DNA of 64,000 nucleotides from an uncultured Planctomycetaceae bacterium. GTDB taxonomy: Bacteria > Planctomycetota > Planctomycetia > Isosphaerales > Isosphaeraceae. The notes below the pieces were generated by a model, which did no database searches, was not told the DNA's origin, and worked only from the letters and a program-made list of their open reading frames with translations. Position numbers and translations under genes: made by a program. The DNA is taken from positions 960,001-1,024,000 of the forward strand of contig CAWIAD010000002.1 of the NCBI GenBank assembly GCA_963833985.1, read 5' to 3'. Shown here one piece after another: positions 54,373 through 64,000 of the stretch (the stretch's first letter is position 1; every line of letters begins with the position of its first letter).

Positions 54373-54737
54373 GGTTTGTCAAACCCCCCCGACCTTGGAC
54401 TGGATAGTGTGGACCACAGTCGCGTGGTTGCGGCTGGGTCGCGGCCGATCCAGGCGCTGCGAAACGACCGGGATCAAGACCTGATATGCACGCGCGATCA
54501 ATTGCTCCTGAAGCCGAGTGAACTCGAAGTGGCGGGTGACAGGAGGACTGAACGTGGGCCTCCGTGGGGACGTGATCATGTCGACTCCTCCTCTCCGAGA
54601 GCGCGGCCGCCAGCCTGCCTTGGATCGGGATCGAGTCGGGGCTGCCATCCGTGCCCGTACTTCGGTCGAAGCCGCGATCTGGAAATGACAGAGTCAGGAA
54701 TCAGGGACGATTTTGCAACATTGTTGGGGGCGTGATC
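52719..54737 (-). mobile_element. 2.0-kb serine-recombinase integrative element inserted in the RT gene
   Basis: Perfect 23-bp inverted ends GATCACGCCCCCAACAATGTTGC (52719-52741) and GCAACATTGTTGGGGGCGTGATC (54715-54737); GATC present at both junctions. Confidence 0.92.
54379..54579 (-). CDS. 66-aa accessory protein of the recombinase element (candidate directionality factor)
   Basis: Strong RBS GAGGAGGAG; stop 6 bp before the recombinase ATG; MITSPRRPTFSPPVTRHFEFTRLQEQLIARAYQVLIP. Confidence 0.6.
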   Translation of the reverse strand: MITSPRRPTFSPPVTRHFEFTRLQEQLIARAYQVLIPVVSQRLDRPRPSRNHATVVHTIQSKVGGV

Positions 54738-55337
54738 TCACCATTGTTGTCAAACATCTACATGCGACGATTTGTGAAGGGATGGAAGACTGGTGGACAC
54801 GAGCGGCGTCTGGTCGCGCGAATCGTCAACTATGCGGACGACTTCGTCATCTGCTGTCGCGGCACGGCCGAAGAGGCCATGACGGTGATGCGGAAGATGA
54901 TGTCCAGGCTGAAGTTAACGGTGAACGAGACCAAGACGCGGCTGTGCCACCTGCCTGAGGAGACGTTCGACTTTCTGGGTTATACCCTCGGCCGGAACTA
55001 CGACCGACGAACGGGCCGATCCTACATAGGGTCACGCCCATCGCGGAAGAAGATCATTCGGCTGTGCAGCGAGATCAGTGCGATGACGACGCGCCAGACC
55101 ACTGGACAGGACGTCGAGATGCAGATTGGTCGGATCAATCGCAAGTTACGCGGTTGGTCCAACTATTTTCGCATCGGAACGGTGAGCCCAGCCTATCGCC
55201 AAGTCAACCACCACGTCCGCTACCGGGTACGTCAGTGGTTGTGTGCGAAGTTCAAGGTGCCGGGTCAGGGGCTCAGACGCTACCCTGACAGATACCTGCA
55301 CCAGGAGTTGCATCTTTACCAGCTGCAACGAACCTAG
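54738..55337 (+). pseudogene. ltrA: Group II intron RT/maturase, 3' half (RT4-7, X domain, no En)
   Basis: SPLLSNIYM, NYADDFVI, KT, FDFLGY and LRGWSNYF. Confidence 0.93.
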
Positions 55338-57057
55338 CCGCGATGGTTTCGTGAGCGAACGTGTGAACTCAACCGATGAGACAAGCCTTGTCCGAAAGCT
55401 GGATGCGGGAAAACCGCCCGTCCAGTTTGATGAGCGGGGTGTGGAAACGAGGCCCAGCCGAGCCATCGACTCGAGCCCACCGCGCCACACCTCGACTCTA
55501 CGTTCGCCTGCCCGGGGCTAAGAGCCAGGCGTGGCCGCCGTCCTCGTGGGGTACGATTCCAGTCGTGCCATTCCTGGTCCATCAACTAGTAGCCGTTCAC
55601 GGGCCTATGGTGACTCCCGTTCAGATCTGAACCAGCAACGGCATCCGTTGGGCAACCTGTCTGCAAGATGCTCATGGCTTTCCCGAAAAGGCATCGGTGT
55701 CGTCGGACCGACGCGCACAATCCCGTGCTCGATGCTTCGGTTGAGTCGACCGAAGCCATTATTCCCAATTGACCCATGTCTCTCTCGATCGCCTTTTTGT
55801 GGCTCTCAAGACCCGCCGCACCTCGGCGGAGGCCGGCGCCCGGCCGGCCGTCGTCCTCGGCTGAGGGGTGACCCGGGCTCTGGCCGCCGAGCTGCTGGCA
55901 GTGCCAGAAGCGGCCATGGTCACGCTGGCGGAGAAGCAACGTATTGCTAAATTGCAAAAGTTATAAATAGCACTGAGTGTTGGCAGATGGAGCGAGCCCG
56001 TCGACGGGGAGCTGCGCCTGGCCGGCAGACTGGCGCAATACGAAACCCGGTGCCGCCCGATGGTCTGCTACGACCCACGAAGCAACCACCGGCGACTCTT
56101 CGAGCAGCCGCGGTGCCCGTGCGCCGAGGGACTCGATGCCGAGGTCCCGACCGCCGAGGCGGGCGGATCGCTTCACCTCGCCGATCATCCGACGGCTGGC
56201 CTGCCGAGGGAACCTGCCCCGGCGTGGGCGCCGCGGGAGCCCGACGGCGCCGGGCCGGGACGCGTACCGCCCGATGGGCCCAGCGAATCGCTTGGGGTCC
56301 CACGGGACAGGGTCAGGGTGCGGCGGTGGCCGGGATCAGTCTGCTTGATGGGTAGGAGGATACCGAGTGCCATCATGAGATCCCGGTCCGGCCGTCGGGG
56401 CCACGGCGATTGAGACCCGCCGCCGCCTTTATTCGCCATTCGGAAGACCATTGGCCCGACCATTCCGGCAGCGGCCTCGCGGCGAAGGACGCATTCCTGT
56501 TTTCGCACTGCCTCTCCCATGACATGAGAGTGCATCGCTGTCCGCTCATTCTCGCGTTCAGCGTCTCGCCGGCGCAGACGTACCACTTCGAGCCGATGTC
56601 TTCCACGACGTAACCGACGTCATGCCGGAGTATGTTGACCTGATCGGCCGCATCGAAGCGATTCGCACCGGGCGAGCGCTCAAGCAGGAGATCCGTTGGG
56701 AATTCCGAACGCTCAGCGGCGGGCCGACACTCCCGTTGACCCAGCACGGCATGATCCGGCTGGCCGAGGTGCTGCGCTGGGGCGATATGGCGGGCTGTCA
56801 GTTCGCGATTGGATTCAAGACCGTATGGGGCCGGCGCCGCGGGCCATAACTCTTTTGACGACGTGAGCCGGCGGGGACTCTGACGATCACCAGGGATTGG
56901 CTCCTGCTGCCGCGCCGGATTCGCTGTGGCCCGCGGCGCTAAGATCCTCGGGTGAATCGAGGCGCCGCCATGGATCGCCCCCGACGAGCCCCCCCAGAGA
57001 GGGATGCGGCATGAGCGCCGGCCGGGCCCACGCCGATCGGTCGAGCCGTCCGGATCC

Positions 57058-57369
57058 TCAATCGGGAGCGGGGACCTCGAGGTCGAGGATCAGCGAGCTG
57101 AGGCACTTGCCGTGCGCGTCCAGCGCCAGCGACCGCGTGACCCCGCCACCCAGGGCGCGGTGGAGCACGAAGTTCAGGGCCCCGAGTTTCGGCAGGGCGT
57201 AGCGGACGACCTCGCCCGCGACGATCCCGGTGAGGTGGGCGCGCACGAGCTCGGCCGTGACGTGCCGCTCCAGGTGCGGATAGTGCGCCGGGTCGTACGC
57301 GATTACCGAGACGTTGGACGTATCGCCCTTGTCGCCGGCGCGCGAGTGGGCCAGGGTGCCGAGCCTCAT
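57058..57369 (-). CDS. Small AtuA-related protein
   Basis: AHSRAGDKGD...ALGGGVTRSLALDAHGK. Confidence 0.85.
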   Translation of the reverse strand: MRLGTLAHSRAGDKGDTSNVSVIAYDPAHYPHLERHVTAELVRAHLTGIVAGEVVRYALPKLGALNFVLHRALGGGVTRSLALDAHGKCLSSLILDLEVPAPD

Positions 57370-57370
57370 G

Positions 57371-58709
57371 TCAGGTGACCTCGTAGTGGACGACCGGCCG
57401 GGCCAGGTCCCGCGGCACGAGGGCCGAGAACATCGCGATGACCTCCCGGGCCGACTTCGTCACGCCGCCACCGGCGGCGGGCCCGTTGGTGTACAGCGCC
57501 TCCACCTCGTTGCCGATGCGGACGGCGTCCCGGTGCGTCGACGTCCTGGCCGCCACCCGCGCGGACCTCGGAGGGGCGGGCATCGGCCGCGGGCGGACGT
57601 GGGCCCGGGATGGCGTCGAGCCCGATCAGGTCGCAGCGGATCTCCTCGGCGGCCACGCCGGCCAGCTCCAGCCGGCGGACGACGACCTCCAGCGCGAGCC
57701 GGCCGCGCACCGCCGCGTCGGGCCCGGCGTAGGAGATCTGGCCCTCGCCGATGAACCCGTCCCGGCAGCCAATCGACGCCTTCAGGCGCTCGGGCCGGGC
57801 GCGGCCGGCGCCACCCCGAACCAGGACGCGGTCGGGGCCCGCCTCGGTCAGCGTCACCCCGGACAGGTCGGCCGTCGCGTCGGGCGTGAGGTACGCGGTC
57901 GGGTCGTGGATCTCGTAGAGGAGCTGCTCTTTGCAGGTCGCGAGCGTCACCCGCCCGCCCGAGCCCGGGACCTTGGTGATGACGGCCGAGCCGTCCTCGC
58001 CGACCTCCGCCAGCGGGAAGCCGAGCCGCGCCAGGTCGGGGACCCGCTTCCGGGCGAGGTCGGCGAAGTAGCCGCCCGTGACCTGGCCGGCGCACTCGAG
58101 GAGGTGGCCGACGACCGTGCCCTGACCGAGCCGGTCCCAGTCGTCCAGGGACCAGCCGAACTCGTGGACGAGCGGGGCGAGGAACAGGGCCGGGTCAGCC
58201 ACCCGTCCGGTGATGATGACGTCGGCCCCGCGGCCCAGGGCCTCGAGCAGCGGCGGGATGCCGAGGTAGACGTTCGCCGACACCAGCCGGTCGCCGAGCG
58301 CGGCGACGGGCTCGCCCGTCTCGAGGAGGGTGAAGTCCCCGCCCACGACCTCTCGCAGGACGTCATCCCCGGTGACCGCGGCGATCGCCAGCCCGCCCAA
58401 CCCGTGGCGTCGGGCGACTTCCTTGATCACGGCCGCGCCCGCGAGCGGATTGGCCGCTCCCATGTTGGTCAGGATGGTGATGCCCTTGCGGGCGCAGGTG
58501 GGAAGGACCGCCTCCATCCGCTCCTCCAGGAGCGGGTCGTAGCCCCGGGCGGGGTCCCGCAGCCGCTCCTGCTGGGCCAGCGCGATGGTCCGCTCGGCCA
58601 GGCACTCGAAGGCCAGGTACCGGAGGTCGCCCCGCTCGGCCAGTTCGACCGCCGGCTCGATGCGGTCGCCCGAGTACCCCGCGCCCGAGCCGATCCGGAT
58701 CGTCTTCAT
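57371..58709 (-). CDS. AtuA-family (DUF1446) protein; frameshift at ~57560
   Basis: GAGYSGDR, ECLAERT, GHLLECAGQ, EQLLYEIHDP; the tail EVEALYTNGPAAGGG lies in another frame. Confidence 0.88.
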
Positions 58710-58742
58710 GGGGATGGTTCCTGGCCGCGAGGCTGGCCATGC

Positions 58743-60041
58743 TCAGGGGGGGAAGACGCCGAGGGCGACGCACGCGAAGGTCATCAGGACCGACGCGCCG
58801 AGGAGATAGGGCGCGGCGAACTTCTGATGCTCCGCCAGGTCCACCCGGGCCAGGCCGACGACGAGGAAGGTCGCCGGGGTCAGCGGGCTGACCGGGAAGC
58901 CGGTGGTCATCTGGCCCAGCAGCGCCGCCTGCCCGAGCTGGACCGGGGGCACCCCCCGCAGCTCGCCGGCCTCCGCCAGCACGGGCAGGATCCCGAGGTA
59001 GAAGGAGTCCGGGTCGAACAGCAGGCTCAGGGGCATCGAGGCGATCCCGAGCAGGAACGGCAGGTGATGGGCGTGCCCCGTGGGCAGGAGCCGGACGGAG
59101 GCCTGGGCCATCGCGCCGAGCATGCCAGTGCCCTGCATGATACCGGTGAACGCGCCGGCGGCCAAGAGGATGCTCGCCATCAGGAGTGCCGCCGACGCGT
59201 GCGCGTCGACGCGTGCGCGCTGGAGGGCCGCGCCGGGATAGTTGATAACCAGCGCCAGGGCGACCCCGGCCATGAACCCCACGACGGGCTCGAGCGTGCC
59301 CGCCACCATCGCCCCCATCAGGACGACCGTCAGGGCCAGATTCACCCGGAAGAGCCGCGGCCGTCGGAGGGCCCGTTCCGCCTCGGTCAACTCGCGTCGG
59401 CAGGCCGGGGCCTGTCCAAGGCGACCCGCCAGCCCGAGCCGACGCGCCTCGCGCCGGCCGAGCCGGTAGGCGACCGCGAACACGTAAGCCAGGCCGATCG
59501 CCTGCACCGGGATGAGTGGGCGGAACAACTCGGCCGCGGGGATGCGCAGGGCCGCCGAGGCGCGGATCATGGGCCCCGTCCAGGGCAGGAAGTTGACGCC
59601 CGCGGCCATCGAGGCGACTCCGGCGAGGATGCGCCGGTCCATCCCGAGCCGCTCGTACATCGGCAGCATCGCCGGGATCGTGACCAGGAACGTCACCGCC
59701 CCGGAGCCGTCGAGGTGGACCAGCAGGGCCAGCAGCGCCGTGCCGGGGACGATCCGCGTCGGCCGGCCGCCGGCGGCGCGGAGGATGCGATCGATGATCG
59801 GGTCGAGCAGGCCGGCGTCGGCCATGATGCCGAAGTAGAGGATCGCGAAGACGAACATGCCCGCCACCGGGGCGACCTCGCGGATCCCGCCGACGATGAA
59901 GGCCCCGGTCTTCGCCCCGAAGCCGCCCAGGAGCGAGGCGGCCGTCGGGACCGCGATCAGCGCTACCAGCGGCGACATCCGACGCGTGAGGACGGACGCC
60001 AACAACGCCAGGATCGTCAGTAGGCCCAGGGTCGCGAGCAT
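58743..60041 (-). CDS. CitMHS-family citrate/carboxylate transporter
   Basis: [31 protein letters not shown] and FYLGILP. Confidence 0.88.
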   Translation of the reverse strand: MLATLGLLTILALLASVLTRRMSPLVALIAVPTAASLLGGFGAKTGAFIVGGIREVAPVAGMFVFAILYFGIMADAGLLDPIIDRILRAAGGRPTRIVPGTALLALLVHLDGSGAVTFLVTIPAMLPMYERLGMDRRILAGVASMAAGVNFLPWTGPMIRASAALRIPAAELFRPLIPVQAIGLAYVFAVAYRLGRREARRLGLAGRLGQAPACRRELTEAERALRRPRLFRVNLALTVVLMGAMVAGTLEPVVGFMAGVALALVINYPGAALQRARVDAHASAALLMASILLAAGAFTGIMQGTGMLGAMAQASVRLLPTGHAHHLPFLLGIASMPLSLLFDPDSFYLGILPVLAEAGELRGVPPVQLGQAALLGQMTTGFPVSPLTPATFLVVGLARVDLAEHQKFAAPYLLGASVLMTFACVALGVFPP

Positions 60042-60094
60042 CGCTTCGTCCGCCTCCATCGCCGGGAGCTTCCCGGGCCGCCAGGGGTGTACGG

Positions 60095-60352
60095 CTATCG
60101 CAGCACGTCGCCCGTCTCCGCGGCGGCGGCGATGCGGTCGCGGTCGTCGGGCCGGAGGAACCCCGCCAGGAGGAGGGCATCGGCCGCATCCCGGACCGCG
60201 GCCGCGTAGCCGGCATGGGTCCCGTATCGCTCCTCGAGCGCCGGGCGACTGTCGCCGGCTGGCCGAACCGTGAGCACGGCCAGCGCCGCGAGCCCGAGAA
60301 GTCGAAGGCGGGACCTGCCTCGGCCATCCACAAGAGATCGGTAGCGCATCAT
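60095..60352 (-). pseudogene. Internally deleted secreted alpha/beta-hydrolase-domain gene (signal peptide + extreme C-terminus)
   Basis: Signal-like [18 protein letters not shown] fused in frame to [21 protein letters not shown]...GFLRPDD. Confidence 0.65.
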
Positions 60353-60405
60353 CGCTCGTTCCTGGTCGAGTGGCGTTGGCGAAGCCGCGCGGGCCGGAAT
60401 CCCGA

Positions 60406-61578
60406 CTAATCCTGGAACAGCAGCGGCGCGAACTGGTAGAGGCTCCGCCGCCAGGTCTGCCACTCGTGCGCCGTGTTCGGGGATTCGTAGTAGGTGTTCT
60501 TGATGCCCAGCTTTTCTAGCGCTTCGTGGTTCGCCTTTGCGGCGGCGGTGTTCTCCTTGCTGCCGTAGCTGACGAACAGCACCTTGACCTTCTGCTTGAA
60601 GGCCGCCGGGTCGGCCAGCGCGGGATCATTCGCTGCGATGCTGCCGCCGCTGAAAAGCCCGATGTGCGAGAACTTGTCGAGGTTGGCCAGCGTGATCTGC
60701 CTGGTCTGCCCGCCGCCCATCGATAGCCCAGCCATGGCCCGATGCGGCTGGTCGGCGAGCGTGCGATAATTGGCATCGATAAAGGGGATCAGCTCGTCGG
60801 TCATGATCTTCGCGAAGGCGGAGAAGTCAAATCTCGGGCGGCCGGGGACCCTGCCGGCCCCGCTAGCCCCGCCGGGGGCGGGGGGAGCAGTACGTCGCGG
60901 CCCGCTGGCGAAGTTGTTGCCGCCGTTGTCCATCACAATGATGAACGGCCTGCACTTGCCCTCCGCGATGAGGTTGTCCATGATCAGGGTCGCACGCCCC
61001 TGATTCCCCCACCCGGTCTCGTCTTCGAACGCGCCGTGCTGCAAATACAACACCGGATACCGTGCGCCGGTGTCCTTGTCATAATCGGGCGGTGTGTAGA
61101 CGAAGCAGCGGCGCGTGGTGTTGGTGCTCCTGGAGAAGTACAGGCTCTGGCGGAGCTGGCCGTGCGGGACGTCCTTGACGGCATAGGAGTCCTCGTCCTG
61201 GGCCGGGATCTCGATGGCGCTGCCCCAGCGGCCGGCGCCGTAGAAGGACTTGCTGCCGGGGTCCGGAACGTCGGCGCCGTCGATGTTGATCCGGTAGTAA
61301 TGAAACCCCTCGTCCAGGGGGCGCGTGGTGCCGACCCAGGCGCCGTCTTCGCCCTTTGTCAGAGTGATTCCGCCCCACTCGGGCACCCGTACACTCTGGG
61401 CCTGAGGCGCGACGATCCGGAAGCGGGCGCGGCGCTCGGAGTTGACCTGGGGGTACTCCTTGCCGCCCTGGTTGGAGGACGCCGGCTTGAAATCCTCCAC
61501 CGCCGGCGCGGTCTGGGCCGGCGCGATTTGACCACCTAGCAGGGGCAGCAACACGAAACCCAGCGACGCTGCTCTCAT
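60406..61578 (-). CDS. Secreted CE1-type esterase with an N-terminal Ig-like/CBM48-like domain
   Basis: [22 protein letters not shown] nucleophile motif, [10 protein letters not shown]. Confidence 0.9.
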   Translation of the reverse strand: MRAASLGFVLLPLLGGQIAPAQTAPAVEDFKPASSNQGGKEYPQVNSERRARFRIVAPQAQSVRVPEWGGITLTKGEDGAWVGTTRPLDEGFHYYRINIDGADVPDPGSKSFYGAGRWGSAIEIPAQDEDSYAVKDVPHGQLRQSLYFSRSTNTTRRCFVYTPPDYDKDTGARYPVLYLQHGAFEDETGWGNQGRATLIMDNLIAEGKCRPFIIVMDNGGNNFASGPRRTAPPAPGGASGAGRVPGRPRFDFSAFAKIMTDELIPFIDANYRTLADQPHRAMAGLSMGGGQTRQITLANLDKFSHIGLFSGGSIAANDPALADPAAFKQKVKVLFVSYGSKENTAAAKANHEALEKLGIKNTYYESPNTAHEWQTWRRSLYQFAPLLFQD

Positions 61579-61701
61579 AACGGTGCTCCTCGGTCCTGAA
61601 ACAAAGGTCGGGCCAACGGACTCAAGATGATGGGGTAGCTGTCCCGTTACGCCGGATGCGGTGCGCGCTGCGGGTCGCAGCGCGCAATGCGAGCAACTCG
61701 G

Positions 61702-62832
61702 TTACACCGGGAACTGCCACGGGTCGCGGCGCGGCCGGGACAGCATCTGGTTGGCCTCCGCGTCATCGAATTGATGCTTGACGGGGTCCCACTTCAGCTT
61801 CTTGCCCGTCCGCAGCGCGATCATGCCGATGTGGCTTTCGATCACCGAGCCGCCACCGACCGTGGCGTTGCAGATCGGCGGCTTGCGGCTCTTGACGCAA
61901 TCGACGAAGTTCTGCATCTGGTTGGAGGGCTCGGACGCCTTGAGCACTTCCACGGCGATGGGACCGCTGCCGTCTTTGTTCAGGGCCCACTGCGCGACGT
62001 CCAGGTGGTGGGCGCCCCAGTCGGTCATCTTGCCGCCGGAGTAGTCGTACCACCAGCGGAATTCGTAGTGGCAATTCGACTGGTTGCCCTTCTTGCGACA
62101 GGGGACCTTCGGGGTCAGGCCAAGCCAGAGGTCCCAGTCCAGTCCTTCGGCGACGGGCGTTTTCGGGAGCGGACCGCTCGTCGGCCTGCCGTTGAGGCGG
62201 CGCTCGATGCTCCGGATCTTGCCGAGGCGGCCGGCGCGGACCTGCTCGACCGCCAGGCGGAACAGGCCGCGGAAGTCGGTGCGCTGCTGGCTGCCGGTTT
62301 GCAGGATGCGGCCGGTGTCCTTGACCGCCTTCTGGACCGCCAACGACTCTGCGACGGTCAGCGTCAGCGGCTTCTCGCAGTAGACGTCCTTGCCGGCCTT
62401 GAGTGCCTCGATGGCCACCTGGGCGTGCCAGTGGTCGGGCGTGGCGACGAGCAGGCAGTCGAGGGACTTGTTGCCCACGAGGTCTCGGAAGTGCTCGGTG
62501 CTGGCTTCGAAGTCCTTGAACCCTCTCTGGCGCATCACATCAGTGGAGCGCTTGCGATGGGCGGCAGTCACGTCGCAGCCGAGGGTAAATGTCAACTGTC
62601 CGGCGTCCACAGATGGGCGCGACTCGCCGACGACCTGCAAGCCGCGGCTCTGCGGACTGCCGATGCCGACGATGCCCATGGCGAGGCGATCGTTGGCTGA
62701 CGACTTCTTGACTGCACCCTCCTCCTGGGCGGCCAGAAGCTGCTGGGCATACCAGGTCGGCAGCCCCGCGATGGCGAGCGCTGCCAGCGATCGCTCGGGG
62801 AAACCCCGCCGAGATAAAGGCCTCCTTTCCAC
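61702..62832 (-). pseudogene. Gfo/Idh/MocA oxidoreductase, apparently decayed with an internal deletion near 61927
   Basis: [20 protein letters not shown] and TDWGAHHLD; Tat motif degenerate (RRGFP); C-domain segment missing between ASEP and SNQMQNF. Confidence 0.72.
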
Positions 62833-62916
62833 GTTCCACCTCCCTTTATTACTGGTCCTTGACCGATGGGGGATATAGGCGTCGCCGATCGCCCGGCGGG
62901 CCGGTGTATCCCGCAG

Positions 62917-63222
62917 CTTGAACTCGTTCTCGCCGGTGAGGCAGTCGAACTGCCGCGCCACCAGCGCGGCGAGCCCGGGATCCTGAAGCTGCCGGGATAT
63001 GACCGCGGCGCCGACGAGGAACCGGCCCTTCGCGGCGTGCCGCAACGGCTCCGTCGGGGCGGCGGCCGTCGCCGGCTGGCCTAGCACGACGGCCGCGTCC
63101 TTTCGCGGCGCCGCGGATTGACCGAGCGCCCGGAATTCGCCGGCCGCGATCGCAGGGGCCAGGAGGAGCGTGAGCCTCAAGTGATTCAATCGATGCGGGC
63201 ATGGGCCGTTCAGGACGCTCAC
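62917..63222 (-). pseudogene. N-terminal fragment of a GH10 xylanase
   Basis: [15 protein letters not shown]...[12 protein letters not shown], after which homology ends. Confidence 0.75.
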
Positions 63223-63417
63223 CTCGAACCTCTGTACAAATGGGTGCTCAGACAAGCGAGAGCCGACGCATCGGGCGCCCTGGCATCCCCTTCCCGGAGT
63301 TCGACCCGAGGCTGCCAAACCCGCGGTGATCGGGCACGAGTTCAAGTCTATGGCGACGGCCCGTCGTTTTAAATAGACTCCACTCTGTGCTTCGGCCTGG
63401 AGAACTGGTGGAGGCTC

Positions 63418-63801
63418 ATGCGGCCCATTCTGCTGTGGATCGTGGCGATTCTGCCGTTCATGTCGCCCGTGGGCGCTCTCGCCCAGGACAACGGGGATGG
63501 GATGTATACCAACCCGCCGCTCTACGCCGACTACCCGGATCCGGACATCATCCGCGGGCTCCGCGCACGAGGCGGTTACCTGGTGGACGTCGCCTGGAAG
63601 GACGGCAAGCTGGCTCTCGCCGTCCTGCATTCCGAGCTGGGGAACCCCGCGAGATCGGCTTCGGAGACAAGCTTGAGAAGATGGCCATCCCGGCGAGTCA
63701 GGACGTGGTACCCGGACCGACTCTTCAGCGAGTCCCGAGGTGACGCGGCAGGCCGGCGCTCGCCCTCGGATCGCATCCCCTCCGTCCTCCGCGCCCCGTA
63801 A
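63418..63801 (+). pseudogene. Chimeric remnant: GH43 N-terminus fused to a GH95 C-terminus
   Basis: Signal peptide + [23 protein letters not shown] joined at ~63555 to [19 protein letters not shown]. Confidence 0.72.
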
Positions 63802-64000
63802 AGCCACCCCGACCGAGCGAGCGACGGCTCCACCACTTCCAGATTGACGGACTTCACCTCGGTTGAGCTCCCGCCGAACATCAGACGAAAGCGGGACTGT
63901 GGATGGTCGTGATCGCGGAGTAGGCCGCCTGCAGCCGTGCCCGAGGGTGCTCACCTCTTCGATCCCCACACGCCCCATCCCGATCCGCTCACGAACGGTG

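Larger units (their letters stand above)
51493..55501 (+). mobile_element. Group II intron (IIB-like) with an interrupted IEP
   Basis: 5' GTGCG at 51493; EBS1-like TGGAAT (51756-51761) complementary to exon ATTCCA (51487-51492); domain V AAGCTGGATGCGGGAAAACCGCCCGTCCAGTTT (~55396-55428); domain VI ending CTCTAC at 55501. Confidence 0.92.

Noticed and set aside
52024..55337. RT as a retron, DGR or defence RT
   Set aside because: It has RT0 and X-domain motifs and sits between clear group II intron ends with domains V and VI.
55502..57050. Short ORFs downstream of the intron, or a host gene interrupted by it
   Set aside because: No recognisable motifs, and the joined exons give no convincing ORF; probably decayed DNA.
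57438..60023. Long antisense ORFs (this 861-aa one, also 46669-49011 and 44300-45868)
   Set aside because: These are shadow frames of real genes in high-GC DNA and carry no motifs.
61702..63978. 758-aa xylanase-oxidoreductase fusion protein
   Set aside because: It is better explained as remnants left in one frame; the oxidoreductase has its own RBS and GTG at 62832, and the GH10 part lacks its catalytic core.

Overview
This is a GC-rich window whose gene content (DUF1549/DUF1553, DUF1501 and DUF1559 families, a dnaA without dnaN) points to a planctomycete, probably Isosphaeraceae-like (inference). Positions 1-34 kb hold mostly core and metabolic genes: DUF3386, two VWA paralogs, nnrE, dnaA, an SPFH + NAD-kinase-like pair, an ECF sigma/anti-sigma/HtrA-like operon, phoU, guaB, glgE-glgB-treZ and a divergent glycogen-synthase-like GT. 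Positions 34-38 kb are an accessory patch with REP-like palindromes, a RelE/XRE toxin-antitoxin pair, a stand-alone WYL protein and an ISKra4-type IS that truncates a DUF1559 gene. The most striking structure is at 51.5-55.5 kb: a complete group II intron whose reverse-transcriptase ORF is split exactly inside the conserved GTPQGAPI|SPLL motif. The insert is a 2.0-kb element with perfect 23-bp inverted ends sharing a GATC core, and it carries only a large serine recombinase and a 66-aa ORF. Precise excision would restore a 432-aa RT/maturase and give the recombinase a different C-terminus on the excised circle. Positions 60-64 kb are a decayed carbohydrate locus made of in-frame head+tail gene remnants, including a GH43/GH95 chimera. 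About ten 1-2 bp frameshifts in conserved genes suggest long-read indel errors. All family calls come from motif recognition, not database searches.
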